From assembly GCA_964106915.2 (NCBI GenBank), contig OZ066919.1: a stretch of 64,000 bases of DNA. One strand, given 5' to 3'. The notes under the pieces are model-generated. The model had not been told where the DNA came from. It saw only the letters and a program-made list of their open reading frames with translations, and searched no databases. The stretch comes from Podarcis gaigeae. Its lineage: Eukaryota. The position numbers and the translations under genes were made by a program. Positions 27,445 to 41,324 of the stretch are shown in pieces; within the stretch, counting starts at the first letter, position 1; every line of letters starts with the position of its first letter.

Positions 27445-27660
27445 TTGATACATGGGGGATCAGGCCAATGGCCCATCTATTCCACAGTGGACAACTGGGT
27501 GCCTGTGGGAAACCCCCAAGCAGGATTTGAGCAGAAGAGCACACACACACACCCCTTTCCCCTGGTTGCCTGCCACGTCTATTCAAAAGCACTGCTGCCT
27601 CCAAACATAGCCATCATGGCTACTCGCCATTGATAGCCCTCCTGTCTAAGCCCATTTAAA
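27445..27660 (-). mobile_element. CR1 LINE 3' end
   Basis: ggatcaggccaatggcccatcta...gccattgatagccc; homologous to the 32627 copy. Confidence 0.7.
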
Positions 27661-29102
27661 AGTATTTTTGCATTCCTGCACTGCCCCATTGTGGACTTAT
27701 AACATTAAAAAAATTAAAATTTTAATTGCCTCAGTTGATCTGCAAGGGTTTTTGCATTAAAAAAGAAAGTTCACTATACACACTAAACAACAACCTGTCA
27801 TTGCAATAATGGTTGCAATCCCAAGCACATTTACCCCAAAGCATACTGAATTCAATGTGGCTTTCTTTAGAGCATATATGTTCTGTATTCTTCACTGTTG
27901 GATAGAAGAAGGTGCTCCTTGCCAAGCAGGGGTAAGAATCTTCTGAAATTTCCCCTGCTAACCTGCCCTTCCCCTTTCTTTTTGGCCTCTGGCTTCCCTA
28001 GAGGGCAAAGGTGGGAAACCTGTGGTCCTCTGGGAGTTTCATGACCTCCCATGAGGCAGCCCCAACAAAGTCAGTGGTCAGAAATCATGGGTGTTGCAGT
28101 CACAAGTTCCTTTCCCTGCCTTAGTGATAGTGAGTTGCCCAAGGGTAGATTTCTGAATGCTCATTCATTACCCTATGACTACAGTACGCAAGTGAGGACT
28201 TGCATGCATAGAAGAGACATCACAGGTTTGACAGAGCCAGCATACCCTTAAATATAGGACTTCATTTATTCTAATCATTTGCATGCTCACCTGGCAGTCC
28301 TCAAGTGATAACAAGAGGTATGCCATCATGTATGGATCAGCCATAAGACCATGTAAAAAATATACATAGCTGAGATGAGCGTGCAAAACCCAGTTCTAAC
28401 AACAACAAGGCGCATTTTGTTTCAGGACCTACTAGCATCAATGGCTGGGGCAGCCCATTCAGATGGGCAAGGTACAAATAAAATTAACAACAATTAGACA
28501 TGACATCACAGATCAGATCTCTCAGTGTCTTTTTCTTTAATTAAATTATTATTTTTCACCGCCCTTCATCTTAAGATCTCAGGATGGTTAACAGAATAAA
28601 ATACAGGATAAACAAGTATATAATTTATTATTAAAAGCAAGTGGGGAAAATCTGATTTTGAACATGGCTTTTGCCCCTGTGCTAGGCACAGCAGAGGAGG
28701 GGGAGGAGGAAACTTGCACATGCTGGTGTATTTGTATAGATACAAATAATTACTATAATATAAATAGGAATACAGTACATCTAACCACTGCAGGAAAGGC
28801 AGTGACCCAGGTGCATGCTTAGCCTGCTATTCAGGCGGCAAGTGTTGATGGGCACCTTCAGGGCCCCTCCTCTCCCCTCATATGATTATTTGCCTTTAAG
28901 TTAGACTTGGATCAGATGGGCCTTCCAGTAGAAGACCCCTTCTAACAGAACTTTTCCTCCAACATCCCTTCAAATATAAGACTAGCCTCTATAAAGTCAG
29001 ACATATGGCCTCCCTACCCTGTACCTGTTTTCCAGCCCCAACCAATGGCAGGGCAATGATATTAGCCACCAAGGGGACAAAGGCAAGTACCCATATTTCA
29101 GC

Positions 29103-29743
29103 TGGGGATGGGAAAATCTGTCGATCTCAGTTTTTCTCGGTTTCTCATTGTTCCAATCTTAGTTCAGTTATTCATATTTATCCATCAGTTTGTGAATTTT
29201 TTACAGAAAGTCCAAATGCAAATCTATCAGCAAATTTCTCTCCATGTGGATATTTATACAAATACACATTGCCTACATATTACACATTTTTGCAAATCCA
29301 TTTGCCCTAATATAAAGCACCCTTGCATGTTATTTTCACTAAGATATATACTTCTATATTATCCCAGTGTATATGTGTATTCTTTTACACATTATCTAGC
29401 TGGAGAACTGCATTGCAAAATTCAGAGAAGTGTGAATTTTGAAGGATTGCTGTGTTTCAGTGTACAGTGGTACCTCGGGTTAAGTACTTAATTCGTTCCG
29501 GAGGTCCGTACTTAACCTGAAACTGTTCTTAACCTGAAGCACCACTTTAGCTAATGGGTCCTCCTGCTGCTGCCGTGCTGCCGGAGCACGATTTCTGTTC
29601 TCATCCTGAAGCAATAGTTCTGGGTTAGCGGAGTCTGTAACCTGAAGCGTATGTAACCCGAGGTACCACTGTATTGTTTCAAAAAGTACAAATTAGGTAG
29701 GTTTGTCATTCAATTAGAACTGAATTGAATTGCCCCCTCCCTA
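29103..29743. mobile_element. hAT(Ac-like) non-autonomous element hosting a Tigger-like MITE
   Basis: GGGATG...TCCCTA-type termini; related copies at ~23270-23561, 36148-36541 and 46259-46969. Confidence 0.55.
29465..29671. mobile_element. Tigger-like MITE (nested)
   Basis: CAGTGGTACCTCGGGTTA...TAACCCGAGGTACCACTG flanked by TA. Confidence 0.9.
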
Positions 29744-31813
29744 ACTGCAGCTTATTTTTGCCCCTTTGTAGCCAATACAGCATTGGGGGGGGGCAATTTT
29801 CCAAGGAAAAATGGGATAAGAAGAAAGAGTTAAACCTCCCTACCACCACCAGTGCTGTAGCCCCAATCCAAACTGCCTTATCAGCAAAACAAAGGACATT
29901 GGACCTCCCACATCACATTAACGTCAGCCCTGAATATGTGTGGAACTTGTGAATTGCATGACCTGATTCATACAATCCCCCCCCCCCCCGAACATGTTCA
30001 ACACACCTTCAGGAGGATGATTGGCAAATGAGAGTCTGTGGAGTTCAAAAGACACAGATCAAGTTTCTGTCAACTACCTTTTCTTTTCACCAACACTTTC
30101 CACCCACTTTATGATGTTCAGCTTAAGGTACAGAAAGAAATACTGAAGTACAAGGTGCCCCCATCCAGTGTTTTAAGCAAATGCTCTTGGGAATTGTAGT
30201 TTTGCAAGATACTGCGGAAAAAAAGTTGTATAAAAAGGTTGTATAAGAACCACATTAGGAAACCACATTAGGAAACCATTCATCTTTTAATTTTGAAACT
30301 GGCACAACTTGTGATAAAATCCTGACTGTTTCTTGCTAAATAATAGCGGCTGTCACCATTTTTTTAAGAAATGCATTTTTCAAATCACATTATCCCAAAA
30401 GCAGATATTACATGATTCACCACAACATATTTATTAGTGTTGGAAGGCAACTTTGCCTTCCGATAATTGATAAATTTCACAGGAATCTGCAATAACAATG
30501 AAAAAACGTTACGGCTTTGTTCAAGAAAACCACATCATTTATTTAAATCAGAGTACCACAGAAGTCTCTTTGGTACAGTGATTTAATAGACATTGTGCAC
30601 ATGAACAGCAAGTCCTGTTCATATGTCAACCTATCATTTCCCTACAGTTACTAATGTATTCTAAACAGAGGTGGCTCCATGTCTTGGGGGCGCACTTGGA
30701 AAAGATTCCTGCAGGGAGCCACCCTCCTTGAATAGCCTAAACTTCTACTCCCCCTGTGGCTGCTGCCCATTTGCTTAATTTGTCCTTCTGAACCCAATCT
30801 GTTATGCTGACCAGAGGGAGAGGCCAAGGCACGTAGAGGGAGCCAAGGCAGCTTCTCCTGTTGCTGCTCTGAAGTACCACTAGCAAGCAGGGTCACAGGA
30901 CTCGGGGGGGGGGGGGAGGGTGTGGCAGGAGGGATGTCAGAGAATTCCAACGAAAACAGAAATCACTGATGTTTGCTTATTTGTTCCATGTTCAGAATGG
31001 AAGTCAATCCAGTGAATATGATCTGTGTTCACTATTGTTGCTTTCAGTCTACAAAAATACATAATTGATTATAATCAAAATCTTTCTTGGTCTTCTCTCT
31101 GCATTGTGTTCTCTCTGCATTAAAATGAATGGGTTGGAATACTTAACACACAATTTACATATTTATGTACTTCACACCTCAAAGTAAATTGTATAAATTT
31201 CGTAATTTGTTCATCCTGCTGCCCACAGGGGCTAATGTATTATTTTTTGCAGAAGACAAACTGCAGCAGAAAAGAAGCAGGGCTGCATGTAATAAATATA
31301 GGGTGAAACAACAGCAACAACAAAAAGCCTTATTACAATCCCAGTGGGCAGTTGTTCTCTGTTGGTGCCCTGATTATATGCCCTACCTATACAAGGGCAG
31401 ATAACTGATCAGTAGCGGCTAGGGTTTTCAAACTGGTTTTCACACAGTGAAAATCCAGACAGAAAAGTTTTTGAGCCTTTTTAAAAGGAAAAACACCCAA
31501 AATGACACTGCCAGCATGGGTTGCTATACAGCTGGATTTTCCCAGATATTTTAGTGATTCCTGCCTCTGACTACAATATTCCAGATATGTCTGGGATATA
31601 TATATATATACACACACACACAAACACACACACATTTTACTACTGAAGGAGAGTAAGCTACTTTGGTTCAAAAAGGGAATATCCAATCCTATGCATGCTT
31701 GCTTAGGAGTACGTCATACCAAATTCAGTGTGACTTGCTCTCGCGTGTGTGAATAATATTGAAGCCTTTGTTGTTTTAAAATTATAGATAATTTACACTT
31801 TGCTCAACTATTA

Positions 31814-32095
31814 GGGCTTATCCACACTTACCTTTCCTCCATGCTTTCCAGGCACAGTCTGCACTTTAAAGCTCTTTGTCCAAGTGCTCTTTTCCCCCTC
31901 TAGACCTTTCCCTGCACAACCCCACTTTTTAAATCCGTGAATAATCTGAATTGTCATTTGTTCATCTTTAAAGAGTGAGATTTCACAGGGAAAGCTTGAG
32001 GACAAAAAAAGGGGGGGGAGTGCTTGGACATAGAGCTTTAAAGCATGGACCTGGGCCTGGAAAGAGAGGGGTGAAAAGGAGGTGTGGATAAGCCC
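31814..32095. mobile_element. PIF/Harbinger-type MITE
   Basis: TIR GGGCTTATCCACAC/GTGTGGATAAGCCC, 3-bp TTA TSD, long internal inverted arms. Confidence 0.85.
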
Positions 32096-32626
32096 TTAGA
32101 TGTTGTCTTGGGGGATTGGTTCACTTTAAGAATTTATATTTATTCCACTTGACAAATGTCTAACAGGAGACATTTTGCATTCAAGGCATGCTCATGGCCA
32201 GCTCTGCAAAACAAAGGGCTTAAGCGGTCCCTCTTGTGGTAATCTGTGGTTCATTTTCTCTTTGTAAAGCGTGTGAGCAGTAAATTAAACAGGGAATATC
32301 TGCCATCACAACAAAGAAAATAATTTACTATGGCTAAACCAATATTTGAAGAAAGGCAATGGAAAATTAAGCATAAGGACAAGATGGTGGAGGACAATTC
32401 TGAAAGGTGAAAAGGGAGCCAAAAAGCCCACAGTCAGATTATAGGAGCAGAACATTTCCTCTAGGAATGGGATATGGTCCTCAACATTAAATTTCTTGTT
32501 TGCATTTCTTTCTGTTCTTAACAAGCCAACATAAGCACACAATTCCAGGAAAGAATGAAAAAACGCCACTTTTCTGCTGCTATATTAGACCCCTCTCCTT
32601 GGTTCCAAATGCTTATCACATCTTTT

Positions 32627-32895
32627 ACATAAGAACATAGGAGTCTGGATCAGGCCAATGACCCATCTAGTCCAGTATCCTGTTCTCACAAAGGCCAGCC
32701 ATATGCCTGTGGGAAACTCCCAAGAAGGACCCAAGCACAAGAGCATTCTCCCCTCCTGTGGTTTTCAGAACTGGTATTCAGCATCATTATTGCTTCCAGC
32801 TATGGAGGGGGGCAGCGCCTTCATGGGTAGTAGCCATTGATAGCCTTCATGAATTTGTCCAGCCCTCTTTTAAAGCCATCACTGCCTCCTGTGGG
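32627..32895 (-). mobile_element. CR1 LINE 3' end
   Basis: acataagaacata tail, ggatcaggccaatgacccatctagtccag, gccattgatagcc, cttttaaagccatc. Confidence 0.8.
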
Positions 32896-34309
32896 AACAA
32901 GTGTTGACATTATAGGGCTGGGCTTACCCTGGAGAAGGGAAAGCTTGGTTTCCTTTCTCCACTCGAGGGTAATTAAAAAATGCAAATATTAAAAGTGTAC
33001 AGAAAAAAAGCAAACAAATTCATCTAACAGGTGATTTTGCTTATCCAGCTCCCCCCCCCAAAAAAAAAATTCTCTGGGGATTCCTATTTTATAGTGAGAA
33101 ATAGCAATGTATCGTGTTGCTTTAGGCTCCATTGAAATGAACAGGAGCTGTGCAAGAGCTTTGATGTGAGCTTAAGAGAGAGAATATCCTGGAGGGCTGT
33201 GCCTAAAATGGCTGCTTACAATTACCAGATGGTACTGTTGAAGACCAGTTTCCACTGCCTACAAATTACCCATTTGATATAGTGATGCTGCTATTCTCGG
33301 AGCCATTTAAAACAAAGTTTGCTTTAGGTCACCTAGAAACCTGAAGTGCTGGGAATTATTCCCTTACGGTGCTGCCTCTCATATCTAACTTGTTTCCGTA
33401 ATGATTGCCATATATCGTATGTGGTCATCCTGATGCCAGTCTGGCAGAGGAACTGGATTTCCTCCATGAATTGGACTTCCATGAGATAAGAAAGCCAAAT
33501 ATTTGCCAGCGTTTAGCAAACAGCCACAGAGAGAAAGGCACAGAGATGCATTGCAGCAAATGACATTTAAGACATTTTCTTCCACATAGGTTGCATTTTA
33601 AGCAGAGTACAAAACACAAAAATTACCAGGCCGGTAAGCTGCTACTCTGGAGTGAATGTGGCAATGTAACACAGAAAAGAACCATGTTCACACAATCAGG
33701 CTGCATCAAAGATCTTTCTGATGTAAGAGATGGCCTACATTCAGTCTGTTTATCCTGCTTTCCCACTTTTCATTCATTCTGTTCTTTCTTTGCCCGAGTG
33801 GGCTGCAATGTTTTTGCATGAAACTTCTTGCTATGTTTGCTATTTTTTCTGAAGATCTCTCCCTGGGGGGCCCTCCAGATGTCCTTTTTATTGTGCTTTA
33901 ATGATGATTTGTGCTCACGATGCCATTGCGGCAGTCACATGCAATTCTGCTTTCAATACTGTTTATACCTCCAAAAACTCCGGCAGTCACACTGCTTCCT
34001 TTCCAACCAGTTCATATCCTACAACTTCCTGCTGTAATCCCATAGGGTTTTCTGGATCACAAATGGTCTAGTTTATTTATCTTCCACTTTCAATGCACAA
34101 TAGCCTCTCCAGGCAGCAGAAATGTGGTAGCACTGGTGAAGCATCACAAAACAAAGTGAAGCAAAATAACTCCACCAATAATACACCACTACAGTGTCCA
34201 TAACATGTTTCAGAATGCATATGCAGTAAAACACCAGCTGGGAGATGGCCAACACCTTACAATCCAGCACTAAAATAATCTGAACTACAGCTGCACTTAA
34301 GTGACAGTT

Positions 34310-34312
<3 letters not shown>

Positions 34313-34377
<65 letters not shown>
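34313..34377. repeat. (CT)n(CA)n microsatellite
   Basis: Directly visible. Confidence 0.95.
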
Positions 34378-34378
<1 letters not shown>

Positions 34379-34471
34379 TATTTATAAGACTCAGATAAGT
34401 TAAGGGACCACCCAAACAAGGTTCTGCTTTAATTGATACCTTTGAACGAACCATAGAATCATAATTGGAAG

Positions 34472-34561
34472 CATAGCTGTCAACCTTTTCCTTTTCTTGT
34501 GAGGAATCCTATTCGGAATAAGGGAAATTCCCTTTAAAAAGGGGAAACATCGACAGCTATG
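34472..34561. mobile_element. 90-bp hAT MITE inserted in a SINE/CR1-type tail
   Basis: TIR CATAGCTGTC/GACAGCTATG, 8-bp TSD attggaag/gttggaag; host catagaatc...gttggaagagatcccaagggtcatctag resumes after it. Confidence 0.8.
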
Positions 34562-37500
34562 GTTGGAAGAGATCCCAAGGGTCATCTAGGCTAACCCCCT
34601 AAAATGCAGGTATTCTGCCCACAGCCATCCCTGGGTGGGCTCAACCCACCAATCCCCTGGTTAACAGCCAGATGTATTAACCTATTGCATCTTCAGTTCC
34701 TCTGGTAAACACTCAAAGTTGTATTCCTACCCCCCCTCCATTTTTTCCTACCTAGGGTCTTTAAGCACCATCCTACAGACAAAAGTAAAGGAGTGGGTGC
34801 CTTATCTTACTGTGCTCTGATCCCCATTCTCAATATTTCATCTTGAGCAAAATCTTTCCAGCCGTTCCATCATCATCTCATGCAAGATCTTCCATCATGC
34901 TGCATTCTTTTCTTTTTTTAACTAGCCTCCAAAGAGCCATCAGGCTGCATGAAATAGCCACTCAATGGTTTGCCTGCATTACTCAAAATCATGACATTAT
35001 AACTTGGCAAACAATAAACTCTATTAATTTCTCCCCTGCTTTAGAATGAATGTTCTGTCCGGAGCCAGCCTCTCACTGAGCAAAGCAGATTGCAACGAAG
35101 CTCAGAGCACTCACTCAGCTGGGGCTCAAAGAAACTCCTGTTGCAGACTCCCCTGATGTTTCTGAGATCACAGCAGCAACACAAAGATTGACAGCACATT
35201 CGTCTTGGAAACAGTGATGCTATAAATCTAGCTGTAAGCCAAATCACCAGGAAATGTTGGCAATCCCAGTGGGGGCAGCCAGGGCAAATTGGGCAGGCTT
35301 GGGGACTGGATAACTTTTTAAGGCCAGGACTTACAAGAGATGGGAAAACTGAGATGAGGAAGGTGAAACAGCTTGATCTCGCTGGGATTACAGATCACAC
35401 CCACACTCAGGCTTTCTGAGAAGCTATAAAACCGTATGCAATCACACTAAACACTTTGAGTAGGATGAGGCAGGTTTACTGTCCTCCACATGACTGTTCT
35501 ATAGGATCTGCATAAGCACAGAACTAGAGCACACCATTCATCATCTTCAAGGTGTCCCTGTTCTTTTTTCCTTTTTATTAAAAAAAAATGCTAGTCCTCA
35601 GGTCTGTGCAGATAGACTAGAAAGGGCATGGTCAATCCCTAGTGAATCCTTAGAACCTGGGATGGAAGAAGAGAAGCTGAGCATGATCCCAGTGGGCAAT
35701 GGTAGAATTACATTGTCCTAGCTCTTTTGTTCCTTGCCACGACTACCAAAAGAGGAATGAATTGTACACGTATTGTCCTGATGTGCCGTAATTATTGCAG
35801 GTTGCACAGTTTTGGTCATCTTGGTCCATTAGCTGAACTACCTAGGGGCACAATCTTTGTTTCCCTGGGTGCTAATGGAGAAGTGTGGAAAACAAATCAG
35901 TATCATGTTTTTGCAGGCCCACAACAGAACTCCTCTTGTGTGGATCAAGCAGTCCATGTCAGTCCCATTATAATTTGCACTTGCCTGTGAAATGGCTTAA
36001 AAGAGACTGATGGAGGAACCATCACTGGAACTGATCAAGTATAGTGTAGTGCCAAGAATATGCGCTGGAAAATCCTTCGTTCAAACCTCACAGCAGCCAA
36101 TTCCATACTTTGTTAACAACTGTGTTCAGAAGAATTTTATTCCCAAGTAGGAATGGAAGTGAAATTTGCTTCACAATTTCATTTGATTCAGAATATCACC
36201 TTCCCACTTTCCTACACAATATGCAGTCTGAAACACAGCTATCCTTCAAAATTTGCCTGAACCTTGTGACACAGTTCTCGAACTGTTTACAAAAATGGAC
36301 GTGTGTGCATAAAAATGAAGATTTTTATGAAAATTGCATACAAAATGCATTGTATTAGGAAAAATGAATACATTAATCAAAGCTGCATATAAAAATGTGT
36401 TTATTAGGAGAAATTTGTCCTAATGTGCAAATTTCAGGAAGATTAAAAAAATCACAAATTGCTGCAAAATGTGGAAAGCTGAATTCAAAACTGGAAAAAG
36501 GAGAACTTGAGAGAACAGAAAATGACTGATCCTTCCATCTGTACTCTCAAGTAAGTGTGCATTGGATTAAGCCTACGTGGCCAAAAGCAAGCCGTTGTTC
36601 TTTCAGTCCCAGCCCCATATCTGCAAAATGGGGTTGATGATGACAATGCCAGGGCTATTTTAAGCATCAAAAAGTTAATGTATGTGATGCCTATGAAACA
36701 TCTAGGCCATTGGGGCCACTAGAAGGAAGAATTAGGTTCCAAAAAGAAGGAGGAAGCAAGCACCGCTGAACATGGTGGGACTTACTTTCAAGTAAACATG
36801 CATCGAATGTGCTTAGCTTTCATGTATTAAACAAGGTCAAATCAGTAACATTCTCCCATGGGTGTATGCTGTTGTTACACTTTTTTAAAAACAAGAAGGG
36901 GGTGGCTATTTTGTATTTCTGATTATTCAGAAGAAAAACAGTTGCCACTGAACCATTTACAGATCAAAGGCACTCTCAAAACCTTCAACTTCTGTTGTGG
37001 AAAAAGACAGACTCCAAAACACACAAGTTGCATCTAAAATAGGATATGCTTCCTTTCCAAAGCTCTCTTCAAACTTATTATGCTGAAATATTCTAGTGAG
37101 ACAGGAACCATCATCCTGAAAACTTTCCTGAAAGGAAATGGACAGCTTGTCTCTGGGGATTCCTAAGGGCTGACCCCCACAATATTTTTCTCTTTTGTTG
37201 GGGAGTGAAGTCTCATCTAGAGACCTTGCAGTTGCCTATACTACAAATGTAAGAGATGGATCGTGTAAAGAAGGGCTGGTTAATCTTATTTTTGGCCCAA
37301 AGGCTCCATTAACCCTTGGCCAGCTCTCTGAGAGACTGCATTCCAGTGGTGGGTGGCTGCACTCTGCACACACACCGCCCCCCACATATCCACACAGATC
37401 CACTGAGGAGATCATTGTCCTCTCTTGGCTCATCAAATGATGGATCTCATGTCAGTGGTGGGGCCAACTACAACCCCTGCTGGGCACTGGACTCACCTGC

Positions 37501-37699
37501 CAAAGTGTATTGTTGACTTAATTTCCCCTCCCTTTCACTGCCAAATAGATGAGGTCTTGGGGGGCCAGAAAAAATGGCTGGGACAGACCAGGTCGGGCCC
37601 TGGAACTGGAGATTGCTCCACAGGCAACTTTTATAGGTGTAGCTAGACTACAACTGGAATGGAGCTCTAGGTTGGTTCTGGACATGGAGCTTCACCAGG

Positions 37700-38072
37700 A
37701 AAACCCAGTCCTATGAGGAAAAGTAGAAAGAGCTGGAAGTGGCTAGCTTGGAGGAAGGAAGACTGAGACGACATGATAAGCTTCTTCAAATAACTAAAGG
37801 GCTGTCACCTAGAAGAGGGCAAAATATTGTTCTCTGCTGCTGTACAGGACTTAATGGGCTTAAGTTTCGATTGAACATTAGGAAAAACATCTTAATGGTT
37901 GGCAATGGAAGTAGCTACCAGGTGGGAGGTGTCTCTTCCTCCCTGGAAGTTGTCAGGTAGGAGCTGAACAAATCCAGAGCATGTTGGAGATGCTCTAGCT
38001 CTGGATTGCCTGCATTAGGCCAGTTGGCCTGCAAGGGCCTCACCACTCTATGCTTCTCCAACTCTATGATTC
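37700..38072 (+). mobile_element. CR1 LINE 3' fragment
   Basis: cctatgaggaaa..gagctgg..agcttggag..aagactgaga (YEERL.ELG..SLE.RRLR-like), aacattaggaaaaac, tail ccaactctatgattcta. Confidence 0.85.
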
Positions 38073-39162
38073 TAGTGCCTGCCTGTGCTGGTGGCAGCGG
38101 ATCGATTCCCCATTACTGGTTAAACCACAGATTTTTGCACTGTTACACTCATTTAAAGCACATAGCTTCCTCCCGAAGAATCATGGGAACTATAGTTTAC
38201 TCACCACAGAGCTAGAATTCCCAGCTCCCTTAAACAATTCCCAGCACCCTTTTCAAACCATATTTATCATTAAAAGGCCCCTGAGTGATAATGTCTTGTT
38301 TTGCTCTACCATGTGTGGAGCAAACTGGCAGAATGTTGCAGGAAGGAGGCTATTTTCAAATCTTTCACCCTTGTCTGAACTTCCTATGCAGGAAAAGAAC
38401 ATGGGGTGAGGGATTACTTTGGCTCCTATAGTACAGGAAGCGCATGATCACTTCATGAACATGGTGACTGGTTGTTTCCGCTGCTTCTTCCCACAGCATC
38501 CCGATTTGAATCAGCTACAATGCTGCAATTCACTACCCACAATCCTTCACTGCTACAGCTTTGACTCATGCTAAGAAAATCTTGGAAGCCCCACTATTGT
38601 CTCAGCACAGCAGAAGATGGTGTAACTCGGTATCTAATCATAGCACACTCCGGCCAGGACATAAAGCCTACACAGAGAGCTTATCTCAGATGACAAGGGT
38701 AGTGTAGCATAGGGTTTTATCTTTCTGGTCACATGATGTATGGGCTTAGAGCTCACAAGGAGGGGCTGTGCCAAGGGAAGCAGTAGAGAAAGGAAGTTTA
38801 GGGAAGTTTTTAATGTTTAATGTTTTATCGTGTTGTTAATATTCTGTTGGGAGATGCCCAGATTGGCTGAGGCAACCCAATCAAATGGGTGGCATACAAT
38901 TTATTTATTTATTAATTTATTATTATTATTATTATTACACTTAGTTTGCCTGACTTCATGACACTCTTCGAAACTTGAGCACATTTCTAGGTTGAAAACA
39001 TCCCTTATAGTTGCATTCACTATTATTAGTGCTAATTACGGTATTCAGGTGGGGGTCAATATATGCTATTCTACTTTCAGTACTGCTTGTGCCTGCAAAT
39101 ATTTTGTTGCTGTCATACTTCTTCATTACCAAGCTGTGTGTCCTGCAGCTTCCCTGTAAGTC

Positions 39163-39322
39163 CTGGACCTTTCCATACCACAAACGTCCCAGGCGTTTTG
39201 TCAGTTTTTGTCCTGCTTTTGTTGCATTCCAGTGCAAGAGTGCACCTCCAGGCAGCAATAAAGCAGGGAGGGAAAAACATTGCAGAACAGGTAATAAAGC
39301 AGAATGGTGTGTGGATGGTGCA
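39163..39322. mobile_element. Degenerate Harbinger-like palindromic MITE
   Basis: cctttccatacca...tggtgtgtggatgg termini with internal inverted arms. Confidence 0.45.
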
Positions 39323-40727
39323 GTATGAATCAACCACCACAGTACTGTTATTGTATCAGTACCATGTTGCAGAATACACTCACAAAAGACACCAGCCCGG
39401 AAGGGGCCCTTAACGCACCCCTCAGGATTCAAACACCAAACTCTACTCTGAGAAACAGTGGTGCCAGAGCACCCCACAGAAGTAAAGAAGGGAAGTGGGC
39501 AAGCATGCTACAAAATGCAACCTCTGAAAATAAATCTTCCCCCGCAAATGCTGTGTTTTGTCTGAACTGTATTGCTCCAATACTCTTCCCAACTTCAGCA
39601 GTGGTGCTCCAAGAGCCCACTGATTTTTTTAACTTCCACCAGCAGTGAAGCTGAATCATGGAGCACCTATGGCACTCCTGGTCATCTTGCCCTGGAACCC
39701 TTTCCTCTCTCTGGAATTACCCATCGTAGCCGATAGCTATGAACTGGGCCCCATAGCAGGTTATGGCTTCCTGCTCCTGTCACTTCCAGGCACATTCTGG
39801 GCTGCTTGGGACACTCACGTTATCAGGAAGCAGTCGCGATGGAATGCTTGATCACATCTGTTCAGGCTGCCCTGGAAGGAGGGCATGGTTGTTCCCCAGG
39901 GGCCACTGGACCTTTGTCACTCTGGCACAACATCTGACTGCCGGGAGCCTCCTCCACCCCCTCAACATTGAGGGAGCCTAGCCCTTTGGCCAGGGATTTT
40001 GAGGGGGGCTCTTAAATGAGCTAATTCAAAACAGCAACACATCTTCAGCTTCCTAGACATTTTTCTTCTGCTCCTTCTTCATCTCTGGAGCAGTGAGCTT
40101 AATGAGTCTTCCCTTCTCATTGACACCTGTCAGGGCCCCCAAGGAGCATTTGTTTGCCGCCACCTGTCAGGTGCATAATAGCAGGTAAATGGAAAGAAAT
40201 TGAGAAGTAATTTCCTGTAACATTATGTAGGAGACAAGCTCGCAGAGCGATTATCACTCCGATGTGTTTCGTGGCTCTGTCTAAGGAGGAAGCAGGAGAA
40301 TCAGCCCCCTGGAACAAAGCGCTTTCTTAAAGGAGCTTGGGGAGAAAGTAAAACTATTTCTTAACTTCTGTTTGCTTCTTCAAAACAATGTTTATTTTAT
40401 CATCAGGCCAGATGGATTTGGGTGGATATGCAATTCAGAGGGGGGAGCAAAGCTCATTGGATTTTATATACCAAAGTGAAAGCACTAGGCAAAAGGCAAA
40501 AATAGAACTGGAATCCCCTTCTGGGTCTCTTGATTGCTCTTGGAGAAGGAAACCTGTAGCTTCCACAGACATTGCTGGATTCCAACTCCCATCAGCCCCA
40601 GCCAACACTGTCTGTCATCCCTGCAGCATAGCAGAATTTAGCTTTGAGACTTCAGAGTCCAAAAAGGAGGCTGAATGCAAGAAGAGCCCTACTGGATCAG
40701 ACCCAAGGCCCATCTAGGTCAGCTCAA

Positions 40728-41324
40728 TGTCATGCTTCAGGGGCTAAGGTCCATGTCACAGGAGATATAAGCCATCACCAAAGTACTCACCAGTGAAGAC
40801 AAGGTTGCAGATACAGTACAAACAAACCAAAGTCAAGCATGGATAATCAGTCTAGGCCCAAACATGACCCAGGGACAAAGCCAGGCAACAGTCCATGGTC
40901 AACATCGCAAGAGGCACCATATGGAAACCTGGAGCCAGATAACCTACACTGGAAGGGATAAATAAGGAGGGCTTATATACTCTGGCCTCCTCACTTTCTT
41001 CCTAACCATAGCTGCTGGTGGTGAATGGGTATCAAGGATTGCTTACTCACAAGTATACCCCTCTACTCATGAGTAGATGCATGCTTTGCCATAAGTCTTC
41101 AGCGTGGACCTGAGGCTTTTGCCTTCAGGGTGCTCAAGGATATGGGGGGGGCAGCTCCTCCTCCTCCTCTGACAGTTCTAGGGGTATCAACCCGGAGGGC
41201 CCCTAAAAGGGATTATCAGTATTGTGTTCAGGAGGCCTTGCTTGTTCCTCTTCAACCTGTGGGATGTCGGGTTTGTACTTTGAGGACTTCTTGCCTGGTA
41301 CCAGGTCAAGACTAGAGGGTGACA
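40728..41324. mobile_element. Solo LTR (Gypsy/ERV-like) inserted in a CR1 3' end
   Basis: TGTCA...TGACA termini, TSD ctcaa/ctcac; CR1 sequence 40682-40722 continues at 41325-41580. Confidence 0.65.

Noticed and set aside
38956-39477. 173-aa ORF, first suspected to be a piggyBac remnant
   Set aside because: It crosses a palindromic MITE and has no convincing transposase motifs.
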